From assembly GCA_965229645.1 (NCBI GenBank), contig OZ245893.1:534965-598964 (forward strand): a stretch of DNA of 64,000 nt. Direction: 5' to 3'. This document shows positions 1 through 10,609 of this stretch, in pieces; within the stretch, counting starts at the first letter, position 1; each line of letters opens with the position of its first letter. The notes under the pieces are model-generated. The model did not search any database, was not told the DNA's origin, and saw nothing but the letters and a program-made list of their open reading frames with translations. The DNA comes from Alphaproteobacteria bacterium (GTDB taxonomy: Bacteria; Pseudomonadota; Alphaproteobacteria; UBA7985). A program made the position numbers and the translations under genes.

Positions 1-399
1 TTGTTGGGCCGTGCCGTAAGTCAGATAGAGTTCCTGATCGGTAGCGATGCCGTTCACCGAGTATAGGGTCTCACTTTCGCGATCGAGCGTCATGCGTTCG
101 GCCTGCGTTGCAAAATCCTGATCGCGATAGGTAACGCGACCCTCGAACTGGGCCGTCTTCGGATCAATGAATCCGTGATCGGCATAGAAATTAAAGGTGT
201 CGAACCGAATTTGGACACGGCCCAAAAAGTCCAGTCGTTCCCGTTCGACGCTGCCGCGAATCTGCTCGGCGAGAATCAGGCCAGGGTTCTCGGCTATGGT
301 GCTGATCACCTGCGGCGGTGAAGATTGACTGCGGCTTGGTTGCACAAAAACCAGGGCCACGCACGCCGTAGCGAGCAGTCGTCTAAGTGAGAAGGGCAC
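1..399 (-). CDS. lptD: LPS-assembly protein LptD, N-terminal part (runs off the window edge)
   Basis: Manual translation from GTG at 399: MPFSLRRLLATACVALVF... (signal peptide) followed by OstA-like beta-jellyroll sequence; lies directly after lptF-lptG, the usual alphaproteobacterial order. Confidence 0.7.
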   Translation of the reverse strand, partial: MPFSLRRLLATACVALVFVQPSRSQSSPPQVISTIAENPGLILAEQIRGSVERERLDFLGRVQIRFDTFNFYADHGFIDPKTAQFEGRVTYRDQDFATQAERMTLDRESETLYSVNGIATDQELYLTYGTAQQ

Positions 400-410
400 T
401 TGGCGAGTTC

Positions 411-1505
411 TTAGTTTCGTCGACCTAAGGCGAGGTGCCAGATTAGATCGCGCCCGGCGATGAGCAAAAGGCTCAAACAGGCCAAAGCAGCCGGCGTTCC
501 CCACGCCGCTAGGATGGGCGGGGACTTGCCGTTGATCCCAAAGGCATGGGCGACGACGTACAACGAGTAGATGAGGACCACGAACCCCAGCGTCGAAGCG
601 ATTAGCCGCCCCATCGATTGGCGGGTTCCGACTTCCACACACAAAAACCCTGCCAGTATGACGAGAACGGCGGACAAGATCGGCTCAGCAACTGCGCGCT
701 GGATCAGGTAGCTTAGGTGTCGGGGCGTGAGGGCCGCGCGATCGGGAGTGTCGATCCAACCCAACAAGTAGATCAGAGGCAGATCAAAGTTGGGACTCTT
801 AGGCAGCATGACTTTGGGCGGATGGTCCAGATGCAATTCTAGAGGTTCGGTAGCGCCAGCGATCGTGGCGGTTAAGATCGGACCGCTGGACGATTGAGAG
901 GGGGTCAATTGAACCTGATGCGCAACTAGGTAGGCCCTCGATAGGTCGGTTGCGAGCGTATCGAGCAGATAGAGCGCATCGGCCTCCCTTGTTATGAGAT
1001 TGAAGCCGTCGAGGCGGCCCTGGTGTTGGCCTGCATTGGCGGAGAACCAGGCTACCTGGGTGTTTCCGTCCAGGCGGCTGGCGGCACGCGCCTTGGGTGA
1101 GAGTTTCTGGTCGGTCCACTGTAGGGCCTCGTATGCCAGGGGGCGCACGACCAAGGTGATTGCGAGCGTCGCGAGAACGGTCACAAACGCGAGCTTGGAC
1201 AGAATGCTGGTGGCGGATTCCCCCGCCCCACGAATAACGTGCAGTTCTGCACGCCGGCCGAGCGTCGTGAGCGTTGCGACCGACGCCAGCATGAAGATGA
1301 CGGGGAGGAAGTCGAGGAGGTCAGGGCTGGACCGACCGAGCGCAATCAGGATTTTTTCCTGGCTGCTTAGCGCGGCAATATGGGCTTTGGTCGAATCGCC
1401 CGCCAAGCCAGTGATCCGGTCCAAAAACGCGATCAGCCAGAGCAGCAGCGCCATGATGGCCGCGTTCCGAAGCATATTGCGGCCTAAATATCGTAAAAGA
1501 ATCAT
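411..1505 (-). CDS. lptG: LPS export ABC permease LptG
   Basis: MILLRYL start at 1505 overlaps the lptF stop (ATGA); YjgP/YjgQ motifs (RRAELHVIRGAG, PILAAWG); 6-TM layout. Confidence 0.8.
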   Translation of the reverse strand: MILLRYLGRNMLRNAAIMALLLWLIAFLDRITGLAGDSTKAHIAALSSQEKILIALGRSSPDLLDFLPVIFMLASVATLTTLGRRAELHVIRGAGESATSILSKLAFVTVLATLAITLVVRPLAYEALQWTDQKLSPKARAASRLDGNTQVAWFSANAGQHQGRLDGFNLITREADALYLLDTLATDLSRAYLVAHQVQLTPSQSSSGPILTATIAGATEPLELHLDHPPKVMLPKSPNFDLPLIYLLGWIDTPDRAALTPRHLSYLIQRAVAEPILSAVLVILAGFLCVEVGTRQSMGRLIASTLGFVVLIYSLYVVAHAFGINGKSPPILAAWGTPAALACLSLLLIAGRDLIWHLALGRRN

Positions 1506-2650
1506 GCTGTTAGGCCCTGAGTTGGGTCGGTCTTTGTCGGCGCACTTGGTTGAATAGAACTCCTGTGTCGCCAGTACAAATGGCGGCCCAGGCACACAAG
1601 CGGGCCAGCGAAGCTCAACAGCAGTACGAAGACGCCGAAACTGGTAATGCCGCCCCAACCCGAGCCAGCATATAGGCTCGGCGTTTCTACGAGGATCAGG
1701 ACTGGAACGAGGGAGGTTGGACCGACCAGCGCAATCGAAAGACCGTGACTGCGCAGGCGTCGAGCCTCAAGTTGCCAAAACAAGATCCACATGGGGACGA
1801 GAAAGATAAAGAACGGCAGGATCATACGCCTGGCGATCTCCTCCCAGTTTTGTCGGCGCGCCTTCGCACTAATCCCCTGGGCGCCAAAAAGGGCAAGGAG
1901 GCTCTGTTCCTCTGGTTTGGTGCCCCTGTACGTCGCGGAGTCGTTCGTGATCAGGGGGCTGAGGTCCACTAAGACCTCATCAAACTTCTGAATGCTCAGG
2001 GGCTTTTGATCGCGCAGCTGGAAAATTTGCCCTTGAACCATGGCAAGCGAAACACCTGCAGACGTGTGGATAAAATCTGCCGTATCGGCGGAAACAAAAA
2101 CTTCCTGCCCCTGATCGGAGGCCAGAAACAGTTTCATGCCCGACAACCCCGAACCACTGGTCTCGTCAACCAAAATTTCTACCGACCCAACGCGCGTTGG
2201 TTCCCCAGGGTTGATCAGGGTGTTTTGCGCTACGAGCTCGCGGCTTTCCCGTTCAATTTGATTGAGGCTGCGCATGGCCCAGGGGGCAATCTCAAACGCT
2301 AAGGGCGTGTAGCAGATCGCCAGAACCAAGCCCACCAGAACCGCAGGCGCGAAAAAGGACGATTGTTCGACGCCTGCAGCGCGCAAAACCGCATATTCGC
2401 CAGCATTGGAGATACTGGAAAAAACCGAGGCACTCGCGGCAAGGAGGCAAAGCGGCAGGAGCGATGTCAGTTGGATCGGGATTTGAAACAGGACAAATTC
2501 AAAGAAGACCAGGGCACTCAACCCGCTTTCTAAGGTCAGCGACAAGAACGAAGCAGACTGCGCAATCACCAATAGCGTCATCACCAACAATAGAATCGTC
2601 AGAAACGACAAAAATAAAGCGCCCGCTTGCTGAAAATAAAGACTGTTCAT
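1502..2650 (-). CDS. lptF: LPS export ABC permease LptF
   Basis: YjgP/YjgQ motif GEYAVLRAAG; tandem with lptG. Confidence 0.8.
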   Translation of the reverse strand: MNSLYFQQAGALFLSFLTILLLVMTLLVIAQSASFLSLTLESGLSALVFFEFVLFQIPIQLTSLLPLCLLAASASVFSSISNAGEYAVLRAAGVEQSSFFAPAVLVGLVLAICYTPLAFEIAPWAMRSLNQIERESRELVAQNTLINPGEPTRVGSVEILVDETSGSGLSGMKLFLASDQGQEVFVSADTADFIHTSAGVSLAMVQGQIFQLRDQKPLSIQKFDEVLVDLSPLITNDSATYRGTKPEEQSLLALFGAQGISAKARRQNWEEIARRMILPFFIFLVPMWILFWQLEARRLRSHGLSIALVGPTSLVPVLILVETPSLYAGSGWGGITSFGVFVLLLSFAGPLVCLGRHLYWRHRSSIQPSAPTKTDPTQGLTA

Positions 2651-2707
2651 TTACGAATCTTTCCTGTATGTGCGGCGCACAACCTTTCTAACCTGTGGAT
2701 ATATCTT

Positions 2708-2980
2708 ATGATTGACGAAGCAAACTTATCAAAGGGCCACATGCGCAAATTAGTGGCTTTGCGCAAGTCTTTGGGCGACGAAATTGCCGACAAGGCTTTT
2801 GTCGAGTGGCAAAAGAAGCAAAACTCAACACCAGAACAAAAACCCGATGCAACGGCTGCGGCCCTGCTTGACGCTGTAACGCCCGTTGTGGACTCCCTGA
2901 ATTTGGGACGTTACGGCTATACAATTCGCCGATCTCGGGCGGGCTTGACGATTTCTCGCAACGAGTCTCTGCCTAAGTAG
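2708..2980 (+). CDS. Small hypothetical protein (90 aa)
   Basis: ATG at 2708; MIDEANLSKGHMRKLVALRKSLGDEIA...; natural composition; divergent from lptF. Confidence 0.7.
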   Translation: MIDEANLSKGHMRKLVALRKSLGDEIADKAFVEWQKKQNSTPEQKPDATAAALLDAVTPVVDSLNLGRYGYTIRRSRAGLTISRNESLPK

Positions 2981-3100
2981 GCTTGTTTTTCCCGCGCGTT
3001 CGGGCAGCGGCAGTAGGTCGATTCCGTTGTGCATTTTTGGGCTAGTTTGCGACCATAGGCAATGAGGTGCCTTGGTTTGGACTTATCCTCTATTTTTAAG

Positions 3101-3129
3101 GAGAGCGCCTTTGGGCGCTCTTTTTTTTT
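3101..3129 (+). terminator. Rho-independent terminator
   Basis: AGAGCGCC-tttg-GGCGCTCT stem followed by a T run. Confidence 0.8.
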
Positions 3130-3348
3130 GCGTCTAGCGATCATGGCTCCATACGTCCGCGGTGCCCCAGGGCAGCGTTGGAGACGAGGCTTAAGCAAAA
3201 ACAGTGGATCCTCACGCAACCTTGATTGAAGGCGCTGGGATTGGGGGCTCTAGCCTTCGCCTAAAGTCTCTCTATTTAGAGCCGAGTGTCACGATCACGG
3301 GTCTTCATCTTGCGTAAGTGCGGGGGCGAAGGTCGGGGAAGGAGTTTT

Positions 3349-5253
3349 ATGCGAATTTTATGGACAACCCTGGCGGCGCTCGGCTTGACGGGCGCGGCGG
3401 CGTGGGCGCAGTTGCCAGATTTTGAGGCTTATCCCAAGCTGCATGCCTATAACGAGTTTGGTCAGGATCCCCTTTACGGCCCCGACTATCGTCACTGGGG
3501 CTATCGCAACCCCGATGCGCCCGACAATGGCGCAGAGAAGCGGGCGTTTTCGGTTGTTTGGCAGAGCTTTCAGGGATTCGGCAACGGCTTGGGACAGCCC
3601 GCGCCAGGCATTCGCGCCAATACCTACGACTCGATGCTGGTGACCAACAGCGATGAGCTCTTCACTGCTTACGTCTATTTGGCCGACTACTATCAAATTG
3701 CCGAAGATCGTTCCTGGATTTTGTTCAAGATTCGCGATGATGCCCGCTGGTGGGATGGCGAACCCGTCAAGGCGAGCGACGTGGTCTTCTCCTACCAGAA
3801 ATTCTTCGACGAAGGGTTTGAGGGTCTCAAGGAGTCGTTCTTCGCCCATATCGAAAGCTGGGAGGCCTTGTCGGACGAACGATTTTTTGTGCGCTTAAGG
3901 CCAGAAGGGGCGGCGCAGCGAGAGTTTCCGTTCCGCCTCAGCTCCTCCATCGCCATAATTCCACAGCACTACTGGCAGGACCGATCCTTCTCGGAGGTCT
4001 TGCTAGAACCGCCCTTGGGTTCGGGACCCTACCGTGTCGCGGACTTTGAATTGGGCGAATCCCTGACTTACGAGTTCGTCGAGACCTATTGGGGCATGGA
4101 CCATCCCGCCAACGCGGGCGCGGCCTTTAAGGACACGATTTCCTATGAGACCATCCGCGATCCAGAGGCGCGGCGCATTGCCTTTTTGGCGCGCGATACC
4201 GACCGTTTTCAGGAAACCACTATGGAGCGGTGGGTCAACGCCTACGAACGGCAGACCCCCTTGATCGACGCGGGCGTGATGAACAAGGAAGCCATCGCCA
4301 CCAACGGTTTGCTCGGCGCGCAAATGGCGTTCTTCAATTTGCGCAACCCCAAATTTGCCGACCCACGGGTGCGGCGGGCGCTCGCGCTGGCCTTTGATTT
4401 CGAAACCATGAACGAACAGTTTTTCTACGGCCAGTATCGACGCAACAACTCCTACTACATCAATTACCCACCCCTTACAGCGGTTGACGCGCCGTGGGGG
4501 CGGGAGTTGGACATCTTAAACGAGTTGGCAGATTTGCAGAGTACCGACGCCCTGGCCGTCAATCTGGCGGGGGTCTATAGCAATCCTGTCACCAACGGCG
4601 GCGGCGACAACCAAGCGCAGCTGGAGCAGGCCTTCGCCCTGCTGCTCGAGGCAGGCTATAGCATCGACGGCGATACCATGCTGGACCCGAGCGGCGCGCC
4701 CTTTGTGATCGAGGTTTTGTACGATCTGCCAGCGTTCGAGCGGATTTGGCAAGCCTACGCGGACTCCCTGGCCTTGCTCGGGGTTCGACTTGACTTGCAG
4801 GTGGTTGATCGCGGGGTTTGGTTTGAGAAGGTACGGAACCGCGACTTTGAGATGGTGTCCTTCGCCTACCAAGGCTCACAAACGCCTGGGTCCGACATGG
4901 AGGCTTACTTCTCCACCGAATTTTCCAACATCGAAGGCTCCTATGGGTTCGCGGGTCTATCCGATCCTTTGATCGATGCCTTGTACGTGCGGGCCAAGGC
5001 CTCCGAAGATCTTGAGGAAATTGAGGCCATCGGGCGTGTTTTTGATCGGCACATGCGCAATCAAAACTACAACATCTTGTTCTGGCATTCGTCCGAGACC
5101 CACTTGCTGTGGTGGGACTACTATGGACGCCCGTCCGACCTAGGGATCCGCCTGCCGCTTGAGGGCGCAGGCACCGCGGGGTGGTGGACCGATGCGGCCC
5201 TCGTAGAAACCTTACCCGCGCGTTTGGAAGCCGCTGGCGGCCTTCAACAATAG
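3349..5253 (+). CDS. yejA: Peptide ABC transporter substrate-binding protein (YejA family)
   Basis: Signal peptide; NPDAP, ARWWDG, PLGSGPY and DPRVRRAL motifs; AGGAG RBS before ATG 3349. Confidence 0.85.
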   Translation: MRILWTTLAALGLTGAAAWAQLPDFEAYPKLHAYNEFGQDPLYGPDYRHWGYRNPDAPDNGAEKRAFSVVWQSFQGFGNGLGQPAPGIRANTYDSMLVTNSDELFTAYVYLADYYQIAEDRSWILFKIRDDARWWDGEPVKASDVVFSYQKFFDEGFEGLKESFFAHIESWEALSDERFFVRLRPEGAAQREFPFRLSSSIAIIPQHYWQDRSFSEVLLEPPLGSGPYRVADFELGESLTYEFVETYWGMDHPANAGAAFKDTISYETIRDPEARRIAFLARDTDRFQETTMERWVNAYERQTPLIDAGVMNKEAIATNGLLGAQMAFFNLRNPKFADPRVRRALALAFDFETMNEQFFYGQYRRNNSYYINYPPLTAVDAPWGRELDILNELADLQSTDALAVNLAGVYSNPVTNGGGDNQAQLEQAFALLLEAGYSIDGDTMLDPSGAPFVIEVLYDLPAFERIWQAYADSLALLGVRLDLQVVDRGVWFEKVRNRDFEMVSFAYQGSQTPGSDMEAYFSTEFSNIEGSYGFAGLSDPLIDALYVRAKASEDLEEIEAIGRVFDRHMRNQNYNILFWHSSETHLLWWDYYGRPSDLGIRLPLEGAGTAGWWTDAALVETLPARLEAAGGLQQ

Positions 5254-5265
5254 GACGGGGGGGGC

Positions 5266-6408
5266 GTGAACTCAACCCTGCGCTATGTCCTGGTGCGGCT
5301 CGGCCTGGTCCCGGTCACCCTGATCGCGATTTTCACGGTCAATTTCGTTGTGGTCATGCTCATGCCAGGTGGCCCCGTCGATCAGTTGCTGTCGCGTCAA
5401 CTGATCGGCAGCGACGCGGGGTCCTTAGCGGAACGGGCGATTCAGTTTGGTTCCCAAGGTGACGCAGGCGTCACAAGTCCCAGCCCGCAAGAGGGGGCGG
5501 GGGCAGGCGACGATCGGGCGCCGATTTCTCTGGAGGCGCGCCGGGTCGATGATATTCGCCGACAATTCGGTCTCGACCAGCCCCTGTGGCGTTCCTACGT
5601 ACAAACGCTTTGGGCCTACGTGCGGTTCGACTTTGGCAACTCGCTGACCTACGGGCGGCCCGTCATGTCCCTGATCGGCGAACGAATCCCCGTCCTATTT
5701 GGCCTTGGGGTCGTGACCTTTGTGATCGGCACCTTCATCACCTTTTTCTTCGGCATTACCAAAGCCTATCGGCAGAATACGCGCTACGATGCATGGACGA
5801 CCACGGGCTTTATTGCCCTCGACGCGGTTCCCAACTTGGTTCTCGCCATCGGTCTCTTGACCCTGTTCGCTGCGGGCGGCGCGTATTTTCAACCCGAGGG
5901 GCTGATCCCGCGCGGCGGCATTGTTTCGGACAATTGGGCCGAGCTGGGTTGGTGGGGTAAGATCAAGGACTACCTCTGGCATCTCGCGGCCCCCGCCATC
6001 GTCCTGCTCGTGGGCTCCTACGCTGCGGGCACCAATTTTCTGCGCAACGCCTACGCGGACCAACTCAGCCAGACCTACGTTATGACGGCGCGGGCCAAGG
6101 GCCTGTCAGAAAACCAGATCTTTTGGCGGCACGTCTTCCGCAACGGCGGCATTTTGATCATCCCGAGCATTCCCGCGACCCTGATCGGTCTTCTGTTCAC
6201 GGGGTCGATCATTGTGGAGCGGATCTTCAACATCGAGGGGCTGGCGCTGCTCGGCCTCGACGCCTTGTCGGATCGGGACTTTAAGACCTTCCTAGCCACC
6301 ACATGGGTCTTCTCGCTCTTGGGCTTGCTGCTGTCCATCGTCGGGGACCTTATGTTGGTGGCCGTCGACCGACGCATCAGCTTTGGCAGGGCAGGGGCGC
6401 GCGCATGA
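5266..6408 (+). CDS. yejB: Peptide ABC transporter permease YejB
   Basis: PGGPVDQ, FGLDQP and TARAKGL motifs. Confidence 0.85.
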   Translation: MNSTLRYVLVRLGLVPVTLIAIFTVNFVVVMLMPGGPVDQLLSRQLIGSDAGSLAERAIQFGSQGDAGVTSPSPQEGAGAGDDRAPISLEARRVDDIRRQFGLDQPLWRSYVQTLWAYVRFDFGNSLTYGRPVMSLIGERIPVLFGLGVVTFVIGTFITFFFGITKAYRQNTRYDAWTTTGFIALDAVPNLVLAIGLLTLFAAGGAYFQPEGLIPRGGIVSDNWAELGWWGKIKDYLWHLAAPAIVLLVGSYAAGTNFLRNAYADQLSQTYVMTARAKGLSENQIFWRHVFRNGGILIIPSIPATLIGLLFTGSIIVERIFNIEGLALLGLDALSDRDFKTFLATTWVFSLLGLLLSIVGDLMLVAVDRRISFGRAGARA

Positions 6409-7463
6409 GGGGGCTGTGGACATCGCCCATCGCCCAGCGGCGTTGGCGGGTGTTTCGCGACAATCGCCGCGCCTACGTGTCGCTCTATGCTTTGCTCGGC
6501 CTTGTGCTGGTTTCCCTGTGCGCGCCGCTAATCGCCAACGACAAGCCGCTCTTCATTCGCATGGGCGGTCAATCCTATTTTCCTTTGCTAAACGACTATA
6601 GCGGCCAGGATTTTGGGTTCTTGCTGCCAGGGCTCGACTACAAGTCATCCAGTTTCCAATCTAAGCTCAAGACCGAAGAGGCGCTGGCGCTCTGGCCGCC
6701 GATCCCCTATCGCTTCGATACGATTGACAAGTCGCTGGGACGTGTGCCGAGCCCGCCCGACGCCAGTCATTGGCTCGGCACCGATGATACGGGCCGCGAC
6801 GTGATAGCACGGTTTCTCTGGGGGCTGGGGGTGTCCTTCTTGTTTGGCGCGTGCTTCGTCACGCTAACCTCGATCATCGGCATCACGGCGGGGGCGGTGC
6901 AGGGGTACTACGGCGGGTGGGTCGATCTCACCTTTCAGCGCGTGCTCGAGGTCTATGGCGGCTTGCCCGCGCTCTATATTATTATCGCCTTGGTAATCAT
7001 TTACGGGTCTTCCTTCGGGCTCATGCTAGGGATTTTGGTGTTTTTCGGCTGGACGGGGTTTGTCGGCGTTACGCGTGTGGAGTTTTTGCGCGCGCGCAAT
7101 TTTGACTATGTGCGCGCCGCGCGGGCTTTGGGGGTCCGTGACGGCAAGATTATGCGCCGCCACATTTTGCCCAACGCCTTCATTGGCCCTATTTCTTCCT
7201 TGCCGTTTGTGTTCGCAGGCTCGGTGACGATTTTAACGTCGCTCGACTACTTGGGCTTTGGGTTGCCCAAAACCTGGCCGTCCTTGGGGGAGATGGGCGC
7301 GCAGGCCAGCCGATACTACTACAATTGGTGGCAGGTCGTGGGCATTGTCGCGCCCTTGTCGCTCCTGACTTTGCTGATCGTCTTCGTCGGCGACGGGGTG
7401 CGCCAAGCCCTCGATCCGCGTGCGATCTTCCAGATCAAGACCCAGGTCAAGGCGGCGGCCTGA
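6405..7463 (+). CDS. yejE: Peptide ABC transporter permease YejE
   Basis: IANDKP, HWLGTDDTGRDV and RAARALG motifs; ATGA overlap with yejB. Confidence 0.85.
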   Translation: MRGLWTSPIAQRRWRVFRDNRRAYVSLYALLGLVLVSLCAPLIANDKPLFIRMGGQSYFPLLNDYSGQDFGFLLPGLDYKSSSFQSKLKTEEALALWPPIPYRFDTIDKSLGRVPSPPDASHWLGTDDTGRDVIARFLWGLGVSFLFGACFVTLTSIIGITAGAVQGYYGGWVDLTFQRVLEVYGGLPALYIIIALVIIYGSSFGLMLGILVFFGWTGFVGVTRVEFLRARNFDYVRAARALGVRDGKIMRRHILPNAFIGPISSLPFVFAGSVTILTSLDYLGFGLPKTWPSLGEMGAQASRYYYNWWQVVGIVAPLSLLTLLIVFVGDGVRQALDPRAIFQIKTQVKAAA

Positions 7464-7465
7464 TT

Positions 7466-9043
7466 ATGAGCCTGCTTCGGGTTCGCAACCTTTCGATCGA
7501 CTACAAGACCCCAACGCAGGTGGTGCCGGCGGTTCGGGACGTGAGTTTTGAGGTCGCGTCGGGGCGCACCTTGTGCTTGATCGGGGAATCGGGATCGGGC
7601 AAATCAACGGCGGCCTTGTCGATCCCGCAGTTGCTGCCGTCGCCGCCCGCGGTTCTCAGCGCCGAAAGTTCCATCAAGCTCGACGGTCAAGAGCTGACAA
7701 CCCTTACGAACCAGCAGCTACGTCGAGTACGCGGCGCGTCGATTGGGGTGATCTTTCAAGAACCCATGACCTCGCTGAACCCCTTGCAGCGGGCGGGCAA
7801 GCAAATTCTGGAGGCGCTCAAGGTGCATCAGCCGCACCTGCGCCGCCGCGCGCGCATCGACAAGGTGCGGGGTTTGCTGGCGCAGGTCGGTTTGGAGGAC
7901 CCGCGTATCCCCGATTCGTTTCCCCACCTGCTATCAGGCGGGCAGCGGCAGCGGGTTATGATCGCCATGGCGCTTGCCAATAATCCCGCGCTCCTGATCG
8001 CCGATGAGCCGACGACGGCGCTGGATTTAACGACGCAAGAGCAGGTTTTGGATCTGCTCAAGCGCTTGCAGGACGCGCGCAATTTGGCCATTTTGCTGGT
8101 GACCCACGACTTTGGGGTCGTGCGCTATATGGGCGGGGATGCGGTGGTGCTGCGCGACGGGCAGGGGGTCGAAGCAGGTCCCGTGACCCAAGTCCTATCG
8201 GCACCTGTCGCCGACTATACGCGCGCGCTCTTGTCTGCCGAACCAGGGGATCCGCCCCCTCGATCGACGTCGCCCGCCCCCCCCGTCTTGTCGGTGCAGG
8301 ACCTGCAGGTTTCCTATCCTGGTACGCGCGGTCATGGGGACGTGGAGGCGGTGAAGCCGATCAGCTTTGACCTCGCCCCAGGGGAAACTTTGGGATTGGT
8401 CGGGGAGTCGGGGTCGGGCAAGTCATCGCTTGCGCTGGCGGTTCTGCAACTCCTGCCCCACGGCGGGCAAACGCGTTTGGCGGGGCAGGTCTTGGAAACA
8501 CTGAAGGATCGCGAGTTGCGCGCGCGCCGCGCCGATGTGCAAATTGTATTTCAAGATCCCTTTTCCAGTCTGTCCCCGCGCCTAAGCGCCGCCGAAATCG
8601 TTGCCGAAGGGTTGGAAGTGCATCAGCCCGATTTGTCGGCGGCGGATCGCGATGCCCGCGTCGAAGACATGCTGGAACAGGTGCAGCTGGATCCCCGCGA
8701 CAAGTACCGATACCCGCATGAGTTTTCGGGCGGTCAGCGCCAGCGCCTCGCTTTGGCGCGGGCCTTGATCCTGGCCCCGAAAGTCGTGATTTTGGACGAG
8801 CCGACGTCAGCCCTCGACCGCGCGGTCCGCGCCGAGTTCTTGACGCTGCTGCGTACCTTGCAAACGTCAAAAGGTCTGGCCTACCTGTTCATCAGTCACG
8901 ACCTGGCGGTGGTTCGATCCCTCGCGCATCATCTGATCGTGATGGCGCAGGGGCGGGTGATGGAACAGGGCCCAAGTGCGGATCTATTCGCAAACCCTAA
9001 CCACCCCTATACCCAAAACCTGTTCAAGGCCTTGCTAACTTGA
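7466..9043 (+). CDS. yejF: Peptide ABC transporter double ATPase YejF
   Basis: Two Walker A motifs (GESGSGKS) and two signature motifs (LSGGQRQR, FSGGQRQR). Confidence 0.9.
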   Translation: MSLLRVRNLSIDYKTPTQVVPAVRDVSFEVASGRTLCLIGESGSGKSTAALSIPQLLPSPPAVLSAESSIKLDGQELTTLTNQQLRRVRGASIGVIFQEPMTSLNPLQRAGKQILEALKVHQPHLRRRARIDKVRGLLAQVGLEDPRIPDSFPHLLSGGQRQRVMIAMALANNPALLIADEPTTALDLTTQEQVLDLLKRLQDARNLAILLVTHDFGVVRYMGGDAVVLRDGQGVEAGPVTQVLSAPVADYTRALLSAEPGDPPPRSTSPAPPVLSVQDLQVSYPGTRGHGDVEAVKPISFDLAPGETLGLVGESGSGKSSLALAVLQLLPHGGQTRLAGQVLETLKDRELRARRADVQIVFQDPFSSLSPRLSAAEIVAEGLEVHQPDLSAADRDARVEDMLEQVQLDPRDKYRYPHEFSGGQRQRLALARALILAPKVVILDEPTSALDRAVRAEFLTLLRTLQTSKGLAYLFISHDLAVVRSLAHHLIVMAQGRVMEQGPSADLFANPNHPYTQNLFKALLT

Positions 9044-10544
9044 TCGGAAATTTGGCGCGGATCTGCTGGTCGCGCGCGGGATCGATGTAGGTGGGGCGAT
9101 GGTTTGCGAAGATGTCGCGCACGCGCGCCTTGGCGATGCCCCAGGCGTCGGGCGCGCCCATCTCATTCCATAGATTGGGGGCCGAGCGGTCGGCGAGGCT
9201 GGGGTAGTAGTAGTCGCGTTCCATGGCCGCCATGGTATGCGCCCCGCCCAAGAAGTGACCTTCGCCAAATACCGCCGCCTTGATCGCCTCAAACGCCAGC
9301 GTTTCTTCGCGCACTTCCACGCCGCGAATGGCGCGGGTGGCATGGGCCAGCATCTCATTGTCGAGGACCATGGCCTCAAACGAGACCCCGAGTAGGCTCG
9401 CCATCATGCCCGCGCTCTCATAAATCATATTGGCCCCCGCCAAGCCCGTGAGGGCGGAGGTCAGGGCTTTCTCTGCGCCCATTTGCGCATCGACTGCTTT
9501 GGCGTCGGCCATGCTCGCCGCAACGCCCGAGGGCAGGCCAAGGGCGTTGGACACTTGCGCGGAGGCGGCGTTCATGAGGGCAATTTCGCCGCCCGACCCG
9601 CAAAAGGCGCCAGAACGCAGGTCGATCACAAAGGGCCAGTTGGAAAAGATCATCGGGTGCCCAGGGGCGAACAGTTGGACCATGGCGAGCGCTGCTAGAG
9701 TTTCCGCTGTCCCCGCCACCACCATGCCGGCGACGGTGGCGGGCGCCGTCGCGCCCGACTGCGCGGCGATAATGGCGTTGATCGGCATTCCCACCTCAAT
9801 CGCCGCGAGCGCGACGTCAAAGGCGTCTTCGCCGTACTTCAGCGGCGAGATGATCGGGGAGATGTGGACATTGCAAAATGGCCGTTCGCGAAACCGCCCA
9901 GGGCCTCCCAACACGAGATCAAACATGTCCACCACAGGTTGAACATACGACCCGAGAAAGAAGGAGGTGCCGACGGGCTTTTCGGTGCCCGCGAGCAGGG
10001 CGTAGGCCGTATTGATGTCGAGGTCGTAATTGTCGGGCAAGTCCGTCGCGACGCAGATGCGGGTAAAGACGCTGATCTGGTCCATCTTGTCTGCGAGGCG
10101 GGTGAAGTCGTAGAGGTCTTGCAAGGTCGAGGCACGATAGAGTCCTGTGTCCATATCCAGGGTTTGCACGCCCGCCCCGCCCGTGCAGTAATAGGTGCCC
10201 GTGCCGACCTGAATATCAAACTTGGGATTGCGTCCGTGGAAGGTATAGGTGCTGGGTGTGCCCGCGACGAGGGCTTCCAGCATGGCTCGGGGAAAGCACA
10301 GCCGCCCAGCCTTCAGGAACGCGCCGTGCCTGAGGGCTTGGTCTTGTAGGCGTGCGGGCACCTGGCCCATGCCGATCTCTGCTAGCACGCGGTAGGCTTC
10401 GTCGATGATGCGCACGACCTCTTCGTCGCTCAGGGGCCGATACTGCCCGCCCACTTGCCCTGGGGGAACGGGATTTATGTCCTGCTCAACGGCCCGTCGC
10501 GCCGCGACACGGCCCGCACGGCCGCCAGTAGATCGTCTTGACAT
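9024..10544 (-). CDS. Trimethylamine/glycine-betaine methyltransferase family protein (MttB, non-pyrrolysine type)
   Basis: Arg/Gly-rich N-terminus; ISPLKY and SGATAPAT motifs; E-x-GHFLG C-terminal motif; no in-frame TAG. Confidence 0.85.
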   Translation of the reverse strand: MSRRSTGGRAGRVAARRAVEQDINPVPPGQVGGQYRPLSDEEVVRIIDEAYRVLAEIGMGQVPARLQDQALRHGAFLKAGRLCFPRAMLEALVAGTPSTYTFHGRNPKFDIQVGTGTYYCTGGAGVQTLDMDTGLYRASTLQDLYDFTRLADKMDQISVFTRICVATDLPDNYDLDINTAYALLAGTEKPVGTSFFLGSYVQPVVDMFDLVLGGPGRFRERPFCNVHISPIISPLKYGEDAFDVALAAIEVGMPINAIIAAQSGATAPATVAGMVVAGTAETLAALAMVQLFAPGHPMIFSNWPFVIDLRSGAFCGSGGEIALMNAASAQVSNALGLPSGVAASMADAKAVDAQMGAEKALTSALTGLAGANMIYESAGMMASLLGVSFEAMVLDNEMLAHATRAIRGVEVREETLAFEAIKAAVFGEGHFLGGAHTMAAMERDYYYPSLADRSAPNLWNEMGAPDAWGIAKARVRDIFANHRPTYIDPARDQQIRAKFPIKLARP

Positions 10545-10556
10545 GGGCGCGACTTA

Positions 10557-10605
10557 TAGCAACGGCCAAAAAAGTTGACCCTTTTTTGGCCGTTTTTGTG
10601 TCTTG
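10557..10605 (-). mobile_element. Truncated terminal hairpin of the ~195-bp repeat, inverted and abutting copy A
   Basis: TAGCAACGGCCAAAAAAGTTGACCCTTTTTTGGCCGTTTTTGTGTC matches the reverse complement of the element's right end. Confidence 0.85.
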
Positions 10606-10609
10606 TTTA

